Assembly: GCA_963769885.1 (NCBI GenBank) | Contig: CAVYNH010000006.1 | Location: forward strand, 512,001 to 576,000 | Origin: Methanobacteriota archaeon | GTDB taxonomy: Archaea > Thermoplasmatota > E2 > DHVEG-1 | Reading direction: 5' to 3' | DNA length: 64,000 nt | Shown here: positions 18,422 to 28,882 of the stretch, piece after piece | Layout of the letters: every line of letters starts with the position of its first letter | Position numbering within the stretch: the stretch's first letter is position 1 | Notes under the pieces: model-generated | What the model was told of the DNA's origin: nothing | Seen by the model: the letters and a program-made list of their open reading frames with translations, nothing else | Databases searched by the model: none | Translations under genes and position numbers: made by a program

Positions 18422-19402
18422 GTGCGAGAGACGAGCGAAAGAACGGTGGCGTCACGGCTGTTCGCCCATTTGGAGACGATGCGGCCGTACACCCTGTTCT
18501 GGTGCGGGCTGGTCAGCCTCGCCGGTGCCGTCCTCGCCTCACAAACCTTGCCTTCGAAGTGGCTGTTGATTTTTATTGTCCCAATCCTCGGCTGGATCGC
18601 CGGCCTCTACCTCGCGGACTACTCCGACCGGAATCTGGATCGGGTCCAGAAACCGCACCGGCCCATCCCCTCCGGGCGCATCACCCCACGGGAGGCTCTC
18701 AGCGTGGGCGCGGTCTTCGCCGTTCTCGGTCTCATCCTGACCTTCCTGCTCAGCCTGGTGAACGTCCTACTGACGTTCCTCGCCGCAGCCCTCGTCTACC
18801 TTTACGCTCACTATGCCAAACCGCGCGGACTCTGGGGGAACTTGACGAGAGGCACGTTGACCATGACGACGTTCTTCTTCGGCGTCGCCGCTGTCCTGCC
18901 ACTCACATCGCTGTCTCTTCCATTAGTCTGGTTCGCCGTGGTCTTCTTCATCCATGATACGAACAGCAACATCATCGGCGCCTTGCGGGATGTCAGCGGC
19001 GACCGGGCCGCCGGCTGCCAGACCACGCCAGTCCGGTACGGCATGCGTATAGCGCTCCTCATTTCCCTGGCGTTGTCCCTGCTGTATTTGAGCCTGGCCG
19101 TCATCCTCGTCCTCATCGCGTCTCCCCTTCCCCACTTCACACTGTTCCTTCTCATCCTCGCCACAGGAATCGTTCTCCTAGGAATCATGTATGCTCTTCT
19201 TTTCCGGTCCATCCAAGTATCGTCTCAGCTTCGGATGCTGCATGCGCATGAGCTCTTCGTCGCCGAACGTATCCTGTTCGCCTCCGCCTTCATCTTCGGC
19301 ATCTTAAACGTCAGCTCCTTCACTCTCACTCTGGTGCTTAGCGCACTACTCCTCACCCTCCTCTCTCAGCACCTCCTCCGCCGTCGGTACGAGCTCACCT
19401 GA
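18422..19402 (+). CDS. UbiA-family prenyltransferase (copy 2, DGGGP-synthase-like)
   Basis: MRPYT, ADYSDRNLD, RPIPSGRI, RDVSGD..AG..T.P motifs. Confidence 0.9.
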   Translation: MRETSERTVASRLFAHLETMRPYTLFWCGLVSLAGAVLASQTLPSKWLLIFIVPILGWIAGLYLADYSDRNLDRVQKPHRPIPSGRITPREALSVGAVFAVLGLILTFLLSLVNVLLTFLAAALVYLYAHYAKPRGLWGNLTRGTLTMTTFFFGVAAVLPLTSLSLPLVWFAVVFFIHDTNSNIIGALRDVSGDRAAGCQTTPVRYGMRIALLISLALSLLYLSLAVILVLIASPLPHFTLFLLILATGIVLLGIMYALLFRSIQVSSQLRMLHAHELFVAERILFASAFIFGILNVSSFTLTLVLSALLLTLLSQHLLRRRYELT

Positions 19403-19544
19403 CCAAGGACCTGTTTCTTTTCGAGGAACACTCCATGCTCAACAATATGATTTTTACAAATAAAGAAAAAGGTTACAATTACCTTTAAATAGACAGTGGA
19501 TAGTCTTAAAAGGTTCTATAAAGATTACATAGCGGAGGAAGGCA

Positions 19545-20336
19545 ATGAAGAAGCTGATGGTTGTTGGTATTATTCTATTATTCTGTTTTTCAAGCACACC
19601 TGCATTAGGCATCAGCAAAGAAATTCCATGTAGTAGTGGAAGAGATCCTGTTTGCTACCCTGTTCTTAATGGAACGATAGGCTGGAATGGAGCTTATGTT
19701 AGTCCTGTCCAAGTCTCTTTCTTCTATAATGAAGAGGTAGTGCTTGTTCAGTACAATTTTGGGGGAAATTGGATAAATTACACTGAACCCTTTACCATTT
19801 ACGGGGAAGGTTCAATCGTCTTCATGTTTCAGTACCTTGATGTTTATGGTCACTGGTCTCAAACCTATGTAATGCCACCAATTAAAATTGATTATACTCC
19901 ACCTACGGTCACAGCAGATCTTCGATGTTTAATAAATAAACTCTCGATAACCGCTGACGTTCAAGACAGTGTCAGTGGCATCGCCTATGTTGAGTTTTTC
20001 CTAAATGATGTGTTAATGTTCAACGATTCTGACATGCCGTATCAATGTTTTTTATACCCCTTCCCCAGATTGGACGGCCTCTGTATTCAAATAGTCGTAT
20101 ATGACCGCGCAGGGAACATGAATGAAACCAAGGTTTATTTCTATCACGTTCGGGGGTCCGTTCTTCGTCTTGGACAGACAACAGAATACTATCAATGCTT
20201 CGCCCTTGCATTGAAGATCTCTGACCACTGGCATTACTTTGAAAAAATCGAACTATCCAAGGTCCATTTTGGACGCACTGGTCTATTCTTCTTCAATGGA
20301 TTCTTCTTATTCAAAGAGCCACTTCCTACAAGATAA
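19545..20336 (+). CDS. Secreted Ig-like protein (paralog of 9252-10433)
   Basis: MKK signal peptide; GWNGAYVSPV, KIDYTPPT, DSVSGIAYVEF, YDRAGN; AT-rich. Confidence 0.8.
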   Translation: MKKLMVVGIILLFCFSSTPALGISKEIPCSSGRDPVCYPVLNGTIGWNGAYVSPVQVSFFYNEEVVLVQYNFGGNWINYTEPFTIYGEGSIVFMFQYLDVYGHWSQTYVMPPIKIDYTPPTVTADLRCLINKLSITADVQDSVSGIAYVEFFLNDVLMFNDSDMPYQCFLYPFPRLDGLCIQIVVYDRAGNMNETKVYFYHVRGSVLRLGQTTEYYQCFALALKISDHWHYFEKIELSKVHFGRTGLFFFNGFFLFKEPLPTR

Positions 20337-20427
20337 AAAGAAGCGTGTCAATAAGGCTGGAGAAAGTCTTAGAAGGGGAAAAAACCAGTACCTTTAAACC
20401 ACCAGGAGTGTTTTCCCTCCGAGCCGA

Positions 20428-21078
20428 ATGCCCTCCCCCCTGACCAGACTCTTCTCCTTCGCCCAAAAAATGGTCTTCGTCGAACTCGGCAACCGGTTCC
20501 CCAACAAAGAAATCAAACGACTCATGGACTACGGCTTCATCATCTTCGAAAAAATGGGCGTCAAATTCCCCGCCATCGCCCACCTCTACCTCCAATTCTA
20601 CTCAAACGTCGTCCAACAGGAAACCATCCTCGCCAAGATCACCCCCGCCGACCGCGTCCTCGTCATCGGCAGCGGCTCACTCCCCGCCACCCCCATCCTC
20701 ATCACCCGCACCACCGGCGCAACCGTCGTCAGCATCGACCACGACCAGTCCGCCGTCAAAGCCAGCACCCAATTCATCCGCAACATCCACCTCGACCACA
20801 GCCTCTCCATCGCCCACGGCGAAGGCCTCACCTACCCCGTCAAGGACTTCACCGTCGTCTACATCCTCTACGGCGTCAAAAACACCCAAGCCGTCCTCGC
20901 CTCACTCCCCAGCAGAATCTCCGACGGCTGCCGCGTCGTCCTCCGCCTCATGTGCGACCAACACCGAAAAATCATCGGCGACCTCGACATCACCAGCTAC
21001 TTCACCATCAAAAACCAGGTCCATACCACCGCACTCGGCAGCTTCGAGACCTTCCTCCTCGAAAAGAAACCGACTTAG
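20428..21078 (+). CDS. Nicotianamine-synthase-like class I SAM-dependent transferase (copy 2)
   Basis: FY..VVQQE..LA.I...DRVLVIGSGSLPAT matches the NAS-like core. Confidence 0.7.
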   Translation: MPSPLTRLFSFAQKMVFVELGNRFPNKEIKRLMDYGFIIFEKMGVKFPAIAHLYLQFYSNVVQQETILAKITPADRVLVIGSGSLPATPILITRTTGATVVSIDHDQSAVKASTQFIRNIHLDHSLSIAHGEGLTYPVKDFTVVYILYGVKNTQAVLASLPSRISDGCRVVLRLMCDQHRKIIGDLDITSYFTIKNQVHTTALGSFETFLLEKKPT

Positions 21079-22394
21079 AACCCGAAATCCTTCTTATAAT
21101 ACCGCCGGAACGTGTAGTTCGTCCCCGCCGGCAACACCCCCGCGAACTTCTTCGTCCGCCACATCACCCGCACAAACCGCGACACCACATCCGGCATCGA
21201 ATAAAACTCCCTGGCGACCCGCCGCGCCCCGTCGAACAACTCCTCAGGCGACATCAGCTTGGGCTGGAACACCACCTCAACCTGATTATACCGCGACCAG
21301 TCCCGCGTCAAAATACGGCCCTCACGCTCCAGACGATCAAACAACGGCGTCCCCGGATACGGCGTCAAGATATTCACCTCCACCGCATCCAACTCCCACT
21401 CATACATCTTCTGCAGCGTCGCATCAAAGATATCCGGCGCATCCTCATCAAACCCAAAAATAATCCCCCCCTGCACCGTCATCCCATGATCATGGATCCG
21501 ATCAATCGTCCTCTTGAAATCCTCAACCTTGTTCACAACCTTCTTGATCCCGTTCAACGCCGCCTGACTCACCGACTCGAACCCCACGAACCACTCCACA
21601 CAGCCGGACCGCCTCGCCAGGTCCAAGAACTCGTCATCCACCTTCCCCAGCACGTTCGCATTCCCATTCCCCGCCCAGCCCTTATGCACCCGCTGACGGA
21701 TCAACTCCTTCATCAACGCCCGCGTGTACGCCGGGCTCACCGTCAGACTCGGATCATGGAACACATAAATCGGGTTCGGCATCGCCTTGATCTCAGCGAC
21801 CACACTCTCCACCGGCCGATGCTTCACCCCATGCTTACAGAAACTCGCAATCGCACAAAACTCACACTTATTCGGACACCCACGCGTCGACTGCACCGCC
21901 CCGATCAGCGGATTCTGCCGAATCAAATCCCGACGCAACGGCGGAATCTTCGCCATGTCAAAATCCGGGCTCGGCCCATAGAACGGCTGCAACTCACCCT
22001 TCGACGCATCCTCGAGGACCTGCGGCCAGGTCAGCTCAGCCTCGCCAAGGACCACGCAATCCGCATGCTCCTTTGCCTCCGCCGGCATCGCGGTCGGATG
22101 GTACCCGCCGAGGACAACCTTTCTGCCTAGCCTACGGAACTCATCAGCCAGGTCGTAGACCCGGGGTGCCGTCATGGTGTAGCAGGTGATCCCCACGAGG
22201 TCAGCCGGCTCATTGAAATCAAGGTCTTCGTAGTTCTCATTAATTATCTTTATCTCATGACACGGCGGGGTGATTGCCGCGAGATGAGGCAGCGTGATGA
22301 CCGGGTACCCGAAAAGTATCGAACTCCACGATCCTTTGTCCGAGTACGTCGTTGCTCCGTGTTCAATCCGCGGGAATACCAGTAAAATCTTCAT
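21075..22394 (-). CDS. B12-binding-domain radical SAM protein
   Basis: GGYHPT, GEAE cobalamin-binding domain; RGCPNKCEFC; GFES; TPYPGTPL. Confidence 0.93.
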   Translation of the reverse strand: MKILLVFPRIEHGATTYSDKGSWSSILFGYPVITLPHLAAITPPCHEIKIINENYEDLDFNEPADLVGITCYTMTAPRVYDLADEFRRLGRKVVLGGYHPTAMPAEAKEHADCVVLGEAELTWPQVLEDASKGELQPFYGPSPDFDMAKIPPLRRDLIRQNPLIGAVQSTRGCPNKCEFCAIASFCKHGVKHRPVESVVAEIKAMPNPIYVFHDPSLTVSPAYTRALMKELIRQRVHKGWAGNGNANVLGKVDDEFLDLARRSGCVEWFVGFESVSQAALNGIKKVVNKVEDFKRTIDRIHDHGMTVQGGIIFGFDEDAPDIFDATLQKMYEWELDAVEVNILTPYPGTPLFDRLEREGRILTRDWSRYNQVEVVFQPKLMSPEELFDGARRVAREFYSMPDVVSRFVRVMWRTKKFAGVLPAGTNYTFRRYYKKDFGF

Positions 22395-22481
22395 GAGCCA
22401 CCTGCATATGCTACGTCTCCGTATTTAACGTTTCTTTAGATGCCAGGGGAGGCATGGGCATCCGCTCGCTCTGTGGATTTT

Positions 22482-24620
22482 TTATGGGATGCTTCTCGGT
22501 CCTTTCCCTTTGTACACTGCTTCCGCGAAGTTGATTTGGCGCATGCGCGGCTGTGAAGCGACTTCTTCGAAGTAATGGGCGGAGAGGCCAGCTATCCTCC
22601 CGTAGATGAAGAACGCCTTTGCCATCGCAGGCTCGAGGTTCATATCTGCCACGATTGCTCCGATCACCCCGTCGACGTTAATCGGGAGGCTCATCCCTCT
22701 CACCTGCTCAAAGACCGTGCTCACTATCTTTGAGAGCTGTACATGTTTGCCAGCGATGCCGGTCTGAGCGGCAAGCGCCCATAGCACGTCGCGGCGCGGG
22801 TCTTTGGTATGCAGTCGATGCCCGAGGCCTTCGATGCGTTTTCCTTCTTCGACGTAGGCCCTCATGATCTCCCTGGTGGCCTGCGCGACGTCGATGTTCT
22901 CCTTCTCCGACTTTCTGATGCATTCATTGAAGAGCGCTGCCGCCTTCGCGCCAGCGCCGCCATGAACATCGGTGATCGCGCCGACGCCTTGAGCCACGGC
23001 GACCTCGAAGGGCGCCCTCGTGGATGCCGCGATGAGCGTCGCTTGGGCAGACGGCGGGGTCACCCCATGGTCGACGCAGGCGACAATCATCGCCTCGATC
23101 ATCCGGGAATGGTGTTCATTCACCGTTGTATTGCCCGTCACCGCGTGATAGATAACATGGGAGAACGGTTCGTCCCCGTGAAGGTTCTCCACCGCGTTTT
23201 CCGTGCCTAATACCCCGCTGAGGTATCGGGCGACCCGGCCGAGGCAGAACACGGTTTTTTTCACCGCTCCCTCGGTGCCCCCCTCGGGATACTGTGCAAG
23301 CTCCTCGTCAAGGACGAAGTATTTGACCAGTGTCTTTGAGATATCCTCGTTCTTCATGCGGGTGACTTTCGGGATGGGCCGTTTTGCGGCATCAACCGCG
23401 ATATTCCGCATCTCCTCAAGTGTTTTTTTCTCAGGGAACTCTCCTTTGACGAGGAGGTAGGCAGTCTCAAGAACACTCTTTTTCTCCACGATGTCCTGCA
23501 ATGAATACCCGGAGATCACCAGGTTATTGGGCATGACCTTGGTGATGAGCGTCCCCCAGCCGGGTTTCTTGGAGGGGGCATCCCAGATCGTCTTCATCTT
23601 CTTGTAGTAATGCTCCACGTCGAAGTAGGTTTTATTCGCAAGTCTCCGCTGCACCTCGGTGATGAGGTCGTACTGGCTGTTCACCACGGGGACGCCGGCG
23701 TCTTCCAACGCGGTTTTCTTCGACTGGAACGTCCCGTAGACCTGCCCGGGGGAGACGATCGCGCCCGCATGACCCATGGTTTTCCCCTCGGGGGCGTGCG
23801 CCCCGGAGATCAACGCGACGAGCGGCTTTGGGTATTTCTTCGGGTTTTTCTTCATGTCCTCTGCGAGGAGCTCTTCTTGGCATCCGCCGATTTCCCCAGC
23901 GACGACGACGAGGTCGGTGTTCTTGTAGGCCATGGCGAGTGGGACAAGGTCGCGGAACGTCGAGCCGATCGCACCGTCCCCGCCGACGCCGATGACCGCG
24001 TTCTGTGCGATGCCGACGCTTGCCAACGCATCTGAGAGATGGTACAGGATGGCGCCGCTGCGAGAGATGATAGTGACCCCTTTCGGCCCAAACGCCTCTG
24101 GGGAGACTTCCTCCGGGTAGAACACGTCCGGGAGCATCCCTGCCTTGATTCCCTCAGGAGGGAAGATGACGCCGGGGGTGTTCCCGCCGATGAGCACGGT
24201 GTTGTGCTTCCGTGCTGCGACGAGGATGTCACGGACGTCTTTCAACGGAATCCCTTCGCTGATGAGGATGACGACGGGGATGCCTGCGTCGATGACGTCG
24301 ATGGTCGCATCCTTCGCGGTGGAATAATGCCGCCAGATGCTCGCGACCGCGATGCCGGGATGTTCTTTGATGCATTCGCCGATGGTATCGTACACCGGGA
24401 TCGTCTCAAGAAGCCGTGTGCCTCCACGGCCGGGGGCGATCCCTGCCGTGATGGTCGTCCCGTACTGCTGCATGAGCTCCGCGTGTCGCGTCCCTTGTCT
24501 TCCAAGGCCGACGACCACGGTTTCGATGATCCCGGTTTTTTTTATTTTTTTCGCAAGGTCTGGTCGTTTACTCTCGATGATGTAGAAGAGCATTCCTTGG
24601 TCGGGGGGAACGAGTCTCAT
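22482..24620 (-). CDS. SucD-like CoA-ligase alpha subunit fused to a citryl-CoA-lyase/citrate-synthase domain (ATP-citrate-lyase-like)
   Basis: ISEGIP, SRSG, GEIGG, MGHAGA (phospho-His) followed by [25 protein letters not shown]; ATG 24620 overlaps the upstream TGA. Confidence 0.85.
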   Translation of the reverse strand: MRLVPPDQGMLFYIIESKRPDLAKKIKKTGIIETVVVGLGRQGTRHAELMQQYGTTITAGIAPGRGGTRLLETIPVYDTIGECIKEHPGIAVASIWRHYSTAKDATIDVIDAGIPVVILISEGIPLKDVRDILVAARKHNTVLIGGNTPGVIFPPEGIKAGMLPDVFYPEEVSPEAFGPKGVTIISRSGAILYHLSDALASVGIAQNAVIGVGGDGAIGSTFRDLVPLAMAYKNTDLVVVAGEIGGCQEELLAEDMKKNPKKYPKPLVALISGAHAPEGKTMGHAGAIVSPGQVYGTFQSKKTALEDAGVPVVNSQYDLITEVQRRLANKTYFDVEHYYKKMKTIWDAPSKKPGWGTLITKVMPNNLVISGYSLQDIVEKKSVLETAYLLVKGEFPEKKTLEEMRNIAVDAAKRPIPKVTRMKNEDISKTLVKYFVLDEELAQYPEGGTEGAVKKTVFCLGRVARYLSGVLGTENAVENLHGDEPFSHVIYHAVTGNTTVNEHHSRMIEAMIVACVDHGVTPPSAQATLIAASTRAPFEVAVAQGVGAITDVHGGAGAKAAALFNECIRKSEKENIDVAQATREIMRAYVEEGKRIEGLGHRLHTKDPRRDVLWALAAQTGIAGKHVQLSKIVSTVFEQVRGMSLPINVDGVIGAIVADMNLEPAMAKAFFIYGRIAGLSAHYFEEVASQPRMRQINFAEAVYKGKGPRSIP

Positions 24621-25900
24621 GGTTTCCACCCCTTGGATTCGAACGCTTTTTGGATGCCCTCGCGGATCACATCTGCCATGATCCGCTGGTTTCCTACGTA
24701 AATAGTGACCTGTTGTAATGCCTCTGGATACTCTGCTTTTGCTCGTTCGAGGAATGTCCGTGCGCTGGGGAGGTCGGTGCCGACCATCCTGCCGAAGATC
24801 GGGACCATTCGCCTTCCGCTCTCGTAGCGTTCTTTGACTGCTTGCACCATACCGCGGATGAAGATGTCGCAGCTGGAGATGCCGCCGAACCGCGAGGTCA
24901 CGATCAGGTCGACAACCGGGTAGTCCATGAGGAGGTGGAACATCTCGGCGACCCGGTTCTGCGGGGGGCCTCCGCCGCTGTCCATGAAATTCACGGGGAC
25001 GACCCGGTCATGGAAGAAGCGGCTTCCTATCGTGGCGACCTCGTCGATGGAGAAGATCCCGTAGCCTGCGCCGCCGGGGATGAGGCCGACGTAGAGTTTT
25101 TCCGGGTCTTTCGTAAAAGGCTGTGGCAGGAGATCGATGTACGGGAACCCGGCGGACTGCGCGCGCAGCTCGTTCTTGGTTCGTTCCGCTACATCATGTC
25201 GTTTTTCGGTGATGCCGAGCAGTTCAAGGAGCTCGACTTGTCTGAAGAGCGCGTTGTCGTCGAGGACGAGTTTTGCGTCTGCGGCGACAACACCTGTCGG
25301 TGTGATGATCAGTGGATTGATCTCGCAGAGTCTGGCGTCGAATCGCTGATAGGTCGCGTACACCTTCGTAATGATTTCAGCAAGGGTGCTCGTCATCTCT
25401 TTTTTACTCCCGAGTTGCGCGGCGAGGGACGCAGCGAGGTCATGGGTTAGATTTTTGGATAGTTCCTTGGCGTTATCCGGTATTTCCCTCTTGATGATCG
25501 CTTCTGGCCTCTCCGCTGCCACCTGTTCGATGTCAACGCCTCCTGAGGCACTGACGATGACGACGTTGTTGAATGTCGTCGGGTCCATGGTGATGCCAAT
25601 GTAGCACGCCCCGATTTCCTGGACTGCTGCTTCAATAAGAATGCATTCCACGGGGAATCCTTTGATGGTGAGTGTGAACAACTCCGTCGCGATTCTTTTT
25701 GCTTCCTCCCTGTTTTTCGCTTTCTTGATGCCGCCTGCTTTGCCTCTGCCGCCGACCAGTACCATGGACTTCAGCATCACCGGGAATTCCATTGGTAACG
25801 GATCGAGCTCTGTGGGAGAACGAATCACGCCGTACTGGTTCGGGGTGGGGATTCCCATGTTCTGGAATACTTTCTTCGCCTCGTACTGGTACAGCCTCAT
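24617..25900 (-). CDS. SucC-like ATP-grasp CoA-ligase beta subunit
   Basis: MRLYQYEAK, GGRGKAGGI, GGVDIE, EINPL, DAK..LDDNA, NFMDSGGG, FGGI..CD. Confidence 0.88.
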   Translation of the reverse strand: MRLYQYEAKKVFQNMGIPTPNQYGVIRSPTELDPLPMEFPVMLKSMVLVGGRGKAGGIKKAKNREEAKRIATELFTLTIKGFPVECILIEAAVQEIGACYIGITMDPTTFNNVVIVSASGGVDIEQVAAERPEAIIKREIPDNAKELSKNLTHDLAASLAAQLGSKKEMTSTLAEIITKVYATYQRFDARLCEINPLIITPTGVVAADAKLVLDDNALFRQVELLELLGITEKRHDVAERTKNELRAQSAGFPYIDLLPQPFTKDPEKLYVGLIPGGAGYGIFSIDEVATIGSRFFHDRVVPVNFMDSGGGPPQNRVAEMFHLLMDYPVVDLIVTSRFGGISSCDIFIRGMVQAVKERYESGRRMVPIFGRMVGTDLPSARTFLERAKAEYPEALQQVTIYVGNQRIMADVIREGIQKAFESKGWKP

Positions 25901-26433
25901 TTCTTCTGATCTCCTTTCGTCTGCATCGTCTTCTTGATCTCAAAATCGATGAAATCGCAATGATGCACGATGATTGCCTCCGGCGTCCGGTTCATCGCGT
26001 CACCCTCGTGTGAGTGTGCGGCGATGATGTGGACGACCTCGGGGGGGAGCCCGGCTGCTTGGGCGAGGGACGCCCCGATCGCGGGATGGCGTTGGGTCTG
26101 ACCGGAGCGCTTCTCGACCTTCCCGTTGACCATCTCGTACTCGAGGAGTTTGCCGACGTCGTGAAGGAGGGCGCCGGCGATGAGGTAGTCGGTGTTGAGC
26201 TGCTCTTCCCTGGCGCTGGCGGCGGCCCAGACGAGCTTGGTGATGCGTCTGGTGTGGTCGACAAGGCGGCCGGAGTCGGGAAAAATGAGGGTGAAGGGGA
26301 CGTCGTCGAAGCTGGTCCATTTGCCTTGGTCTTTGGCGGTGGTCCAGACCTGTTGGACTTTCTGGCCGAGTCCTTTGTTGTGGATGAGGTTGAGCTCTGG
26401 GAACATGGTTTCGAGGTTTTCATGGGGTGTCAT
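25897..26433 (-). CDS. HD-domain phosphohydrolase
   Basis: H...LLHDVGK...H...HSH...D; translationally coupled to the beta subunit (ATGA overlap). Confidence 0.9.
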   Translation of the reverse strand: MTPHENLETMFPELNLIHNKGLGQKVQQVWTTAKDQGKWTSFDDVPFTLIFPDSGRLVDHTRRITKLVWAAASAREEQLNTDYLIAGALLHDVGKLLEYEMVNGKVEKRSGQTQRHPAIGASLAQAAGLPPEVVHIIAAHSHEGDAMNRTPEAIIVHHCDFIDFEIKKTMQTKGDQKK

Positions 26434-26579
26434 GTTGTTGTTCGCCTCCTTCCGTTTACCGGGGTGGGGTAATTCTCCTTGGATTTATTTAAGCTTGGTT
26501 CGCGGGGTATGGGTAAGGGATGTACAGGAAGTTATTAATAAATAGAAGGGGGAAGTCTTCTGTAACAGTTTGGTGAGAA

Positions 26580-27872
26580 TTGAGATCTATGCCTCGGAGA
26601 CTGCGGACGGTCGACGTCTGTATCGTTATCGGGTTGCTGGTCGCTTCGGCCGGGTTTTTGTATAAGGCTGAGGTGTTATCGCCGTTGTTTCCTGTGTCTC
26701 ATCCTCCTGTTGTTCCTGTGAATAATCAGACGGTGGGTCCGTCCGTGTTGCCGCCGGTGTCGTTGGTTCCGTCGTCGCGGCGTGACGTGTCTGGGGAGGA
26801 TGAGGGGGTGCATTTCGATGGGTTGGCGGTGTCGCGGGAGTGGTGGTATTTTGCTGGGGTCTTCAACGGCTCGGGTTCTGCGTTGAAGAATTGGGGGGTT
26901 GGGGTGAGTTTTGCGCATCTGGCGCCGGGGGATTTGTTGGGGACGGCGAAGCCGGATTTACTGGTGATCAGTCTGTTGGATCCGAGCGGGGATCATGTGG
27001 GGGGGTTGGTGAATAAGCGGCATTATCTCGGCGTGTTGAAGAGCGGTACCCTGGTGGCGAGTTCGCCGGGGGTGAAGTTGAGTTATGAGTCGTCGTGGGT
27101 GGAGGGGACGGCGCCGTCGTGGCATGTGCATGCGGAGGACCCTGCCATTGATGGGGCGCATACGGTGGTTGTGGATCTGGATTTCCATGCGGTCAGTCTG
27201 CCGGTGTGGACGCTGGGGAGCCGGGCGTTTGCATTGTCGAATAGTTCGCTTGCGAGTTACGTGTTCCTTGGATGTGAGATTTCTGGGACGGTGACCATCG
27301 ATGGGGTTGAATCGGCGGTGTCTGGGGTGGGGACGTATGAGCATGCGTGGTCGCCGAAGATTGTGAGCCGCGCGGAGATCAACGGGTGGGATTGGTGCAG
27401 CCTAGTGTTGGAGAATGGCTGGACAGTGTACGTGTCTGATTTCTTGCCTGCACCGGCGGTCGTCACGCAGAAGACGCCGGCGTTGTCGCCGTTTGGGACC
27501 GTGATTGTGACGACGGATCGGGGAGAGACGTGCACAGAGCTGAAAAACGTGGGAATCAAGGTGACGGCGAGCGATGAGCGAGTGTTCCCGCTGGTGAAGA
27601 TGCCGTCGGCGTTCAATCTTGAGGCGTCGCCGAGCCTGAACCCAAGCTACCTGGTGAGCCAGTCGCTGCTGTTGGGGTCGAAGTTGTCGCTGTCTGCGGA
27701 TTGTTCGGTACTTAGTTCGGTGGATAAAATCTGGAAGTTCCCCACGTATGTTGGGATGCGGATCGGGTACGTGCAGGTGAGCGGGGAGCTGTCGTGGATT
27801 GATGCGGACGGGTCGCATTCAGTTCCGTTTTCCGGAGTCGGTGTCTCCTGGGACATGCGGGCGTTGCTGTAG
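26580..27872 (+). CDS. Membrane-anchored CrtC/AttH lipocalin-like protein (copy 2)
   Basis: N-terminal TM helix; DEGVH...REWWYF, SGVGTYEHAWS, GWDW motifs. Confidence 0.7.
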   Translation: MRSMPRRLRTVDVCIVIGLLVASAGFLYKAEVLSPLFPVSHPPVVPVNNQTVGPSVLPPVSLVPSSRRDVSGEDEGVHFDGLAVSREWWYFAGVFNGSGSALKNWGVGVSFAHLAPGDLLGTAKPDLLVISLLDPSGDHVGGLVNKRHYLGVLKSGTLVASSPGVKLSYESSWVEGTAPSWHVHAEDPAIDGAHTVVVDLDFHAVSLPVWTLGSRAFALSNSSLASYVFLGCEISGTVTIDGVESAVSGVGTYEHAWSPKIVSRAEINGWDWCSLVLENGWTVYVSDFLPAPAVVTQKTPALSPFGTVIVTTDRGETCTELKNVGIKVTASDERVFPLVKMPSAFNLEASPSLNPSYLVSQSLLLGSKLSLSADCSVLSSVDKIWKFPTYVGMRIGYVQVSGELSWIDADGSHSVPFSGVGVSWDMRALL

Positions 27873-27901
27873 ATTTAGCTTAAGTTTTTGTTAAGAAAAA
27901 A

Positions 27902-28053
27902 GAAGCCTTAGACACTACAGGCTTCAGAAGCGACAGTCACATATCCAGTCTCAGAAGATACTTTGATAGAAGAATACCTACTGTAATAGTTAGTGAGGCA
28001 AAGATGAGAACAACAGCCAGGATGTTTATTCCAATGATACTTCGCTTATCCAT
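27902..28053 (-). pseudogene. Decayed N-terminal remnant of a paralog of 28070-28846
   Basis: MDKRSIIGINILAVVLIFASLTITVG/YSSIKVSSETGYVTVASEACSV*GF aligns to MKKVV...VGYRSVKASQENDYFDVTVRACGIEGF; contains a frameshift, a stop and a truncation. Confidence 0.75.
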
Positions 28054-28069
28054 ATCAATTCCCTGTATG

Positions 28070-28846
28070 TTAGTCTGGTGGATAGATTAGTTCTGTGGAA
28101 TAGCTCCATCCTAGACAAGTAACTTGTTCTTCCTTAAAGTCGATTGTAATTTGTAATCCAACAAATCCAAAGACTCCAAGATCACTAACATTCTCACACT
28201 GCTTTATCCCTAATAGTCCAATGGTAAATAGCTGAGCTTCATTAAATTCCAGAATGCACAATGCATTGAAAGGTTTGAAAACAGCCCATGCAAGGAGACA
28301 AATACTTAAAAATACAATAATACCAGAAAGATGATACCCAGCCCAACGATTGAGAAGAATTCCAGTCAAAGTCCAGATACTCATTTTATTTGAAATGATA
28401 CCATTGATATAGGTTAGACAATAAATGTTGGTGACATTATCTCTCGCACTCTTTTCCAGAAACCGATTCCATTTAGATGAAGAAGGTCGTTCAACTACAA
28501 GTTCCTGCGCCTTTTGAATACTCATTCTCTTTGGCAACAGTCCATATTCATTTAACTCAATCACAGCCTCTTGGAAGATGGGTATTGCTTTTTCTCGGGC
28601 GCTCGTTTGATTCAATCGAGTTCTAATACCGATGAGATAAGTTTCTAAATCCTTATATTGTTGTTTGGTTAAACGAACCGTGTTATTCCCAAATCCCTCA
28701 ATGCCGCAAGCTCTTACAGTTACATCAAAATAATCATTCTCTTGAGAAGCCTTAACAGAACGATATCCTACTACACTTGTCTGTGAGCCAAGGACGATGA
28801 GAACAATAGTTAGAAGACTTCCCCCGACGAGCACTACCTTCTTCAT
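28070..28846 (-). CDS. Hypothetical secreted/membrane protein (AT-rich)
   Basis: MKK signal peptide, GAAGGA SD, 258-aa ORF. Confidence 0.8.
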   Translation of the reverse strand: MKKVVLVGGSLLTIVLIVLGSQTSVVGYRSVKASQENDYFDVTVRACGIEGFGNNTVRLTKQQYKDLETYLIGIRTRLNQTSAREKAIPIFQEAVIELNEYGLLPKRMSIQKAQELVVERPSSSKWNRFLEKSARDNVTNIYCLTYINGIISNKMSIWTLTGILLNRWAGYHLSGIIVFLSICLLAWAVFKPFNALCILEFNEAQLFTIGLLGIKQCENVSDLGVFGFVGLQITIDFKEEQVTCLGWSYSTELIYPPD

Positions 28847-28882
28847 GTTTTATCCTTCTCTAGCAAGTATACATTGACCTCC

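Noticed and set aside
2297-27872. Bona fide tocopherol pathway (phytol kinase + UbiA + cyclase + methyltransferase)
   Set aside because: Only fold-level resemblance and no homogentisate-forming enzyme in the window; kept only as one possibility within the cluster finding.
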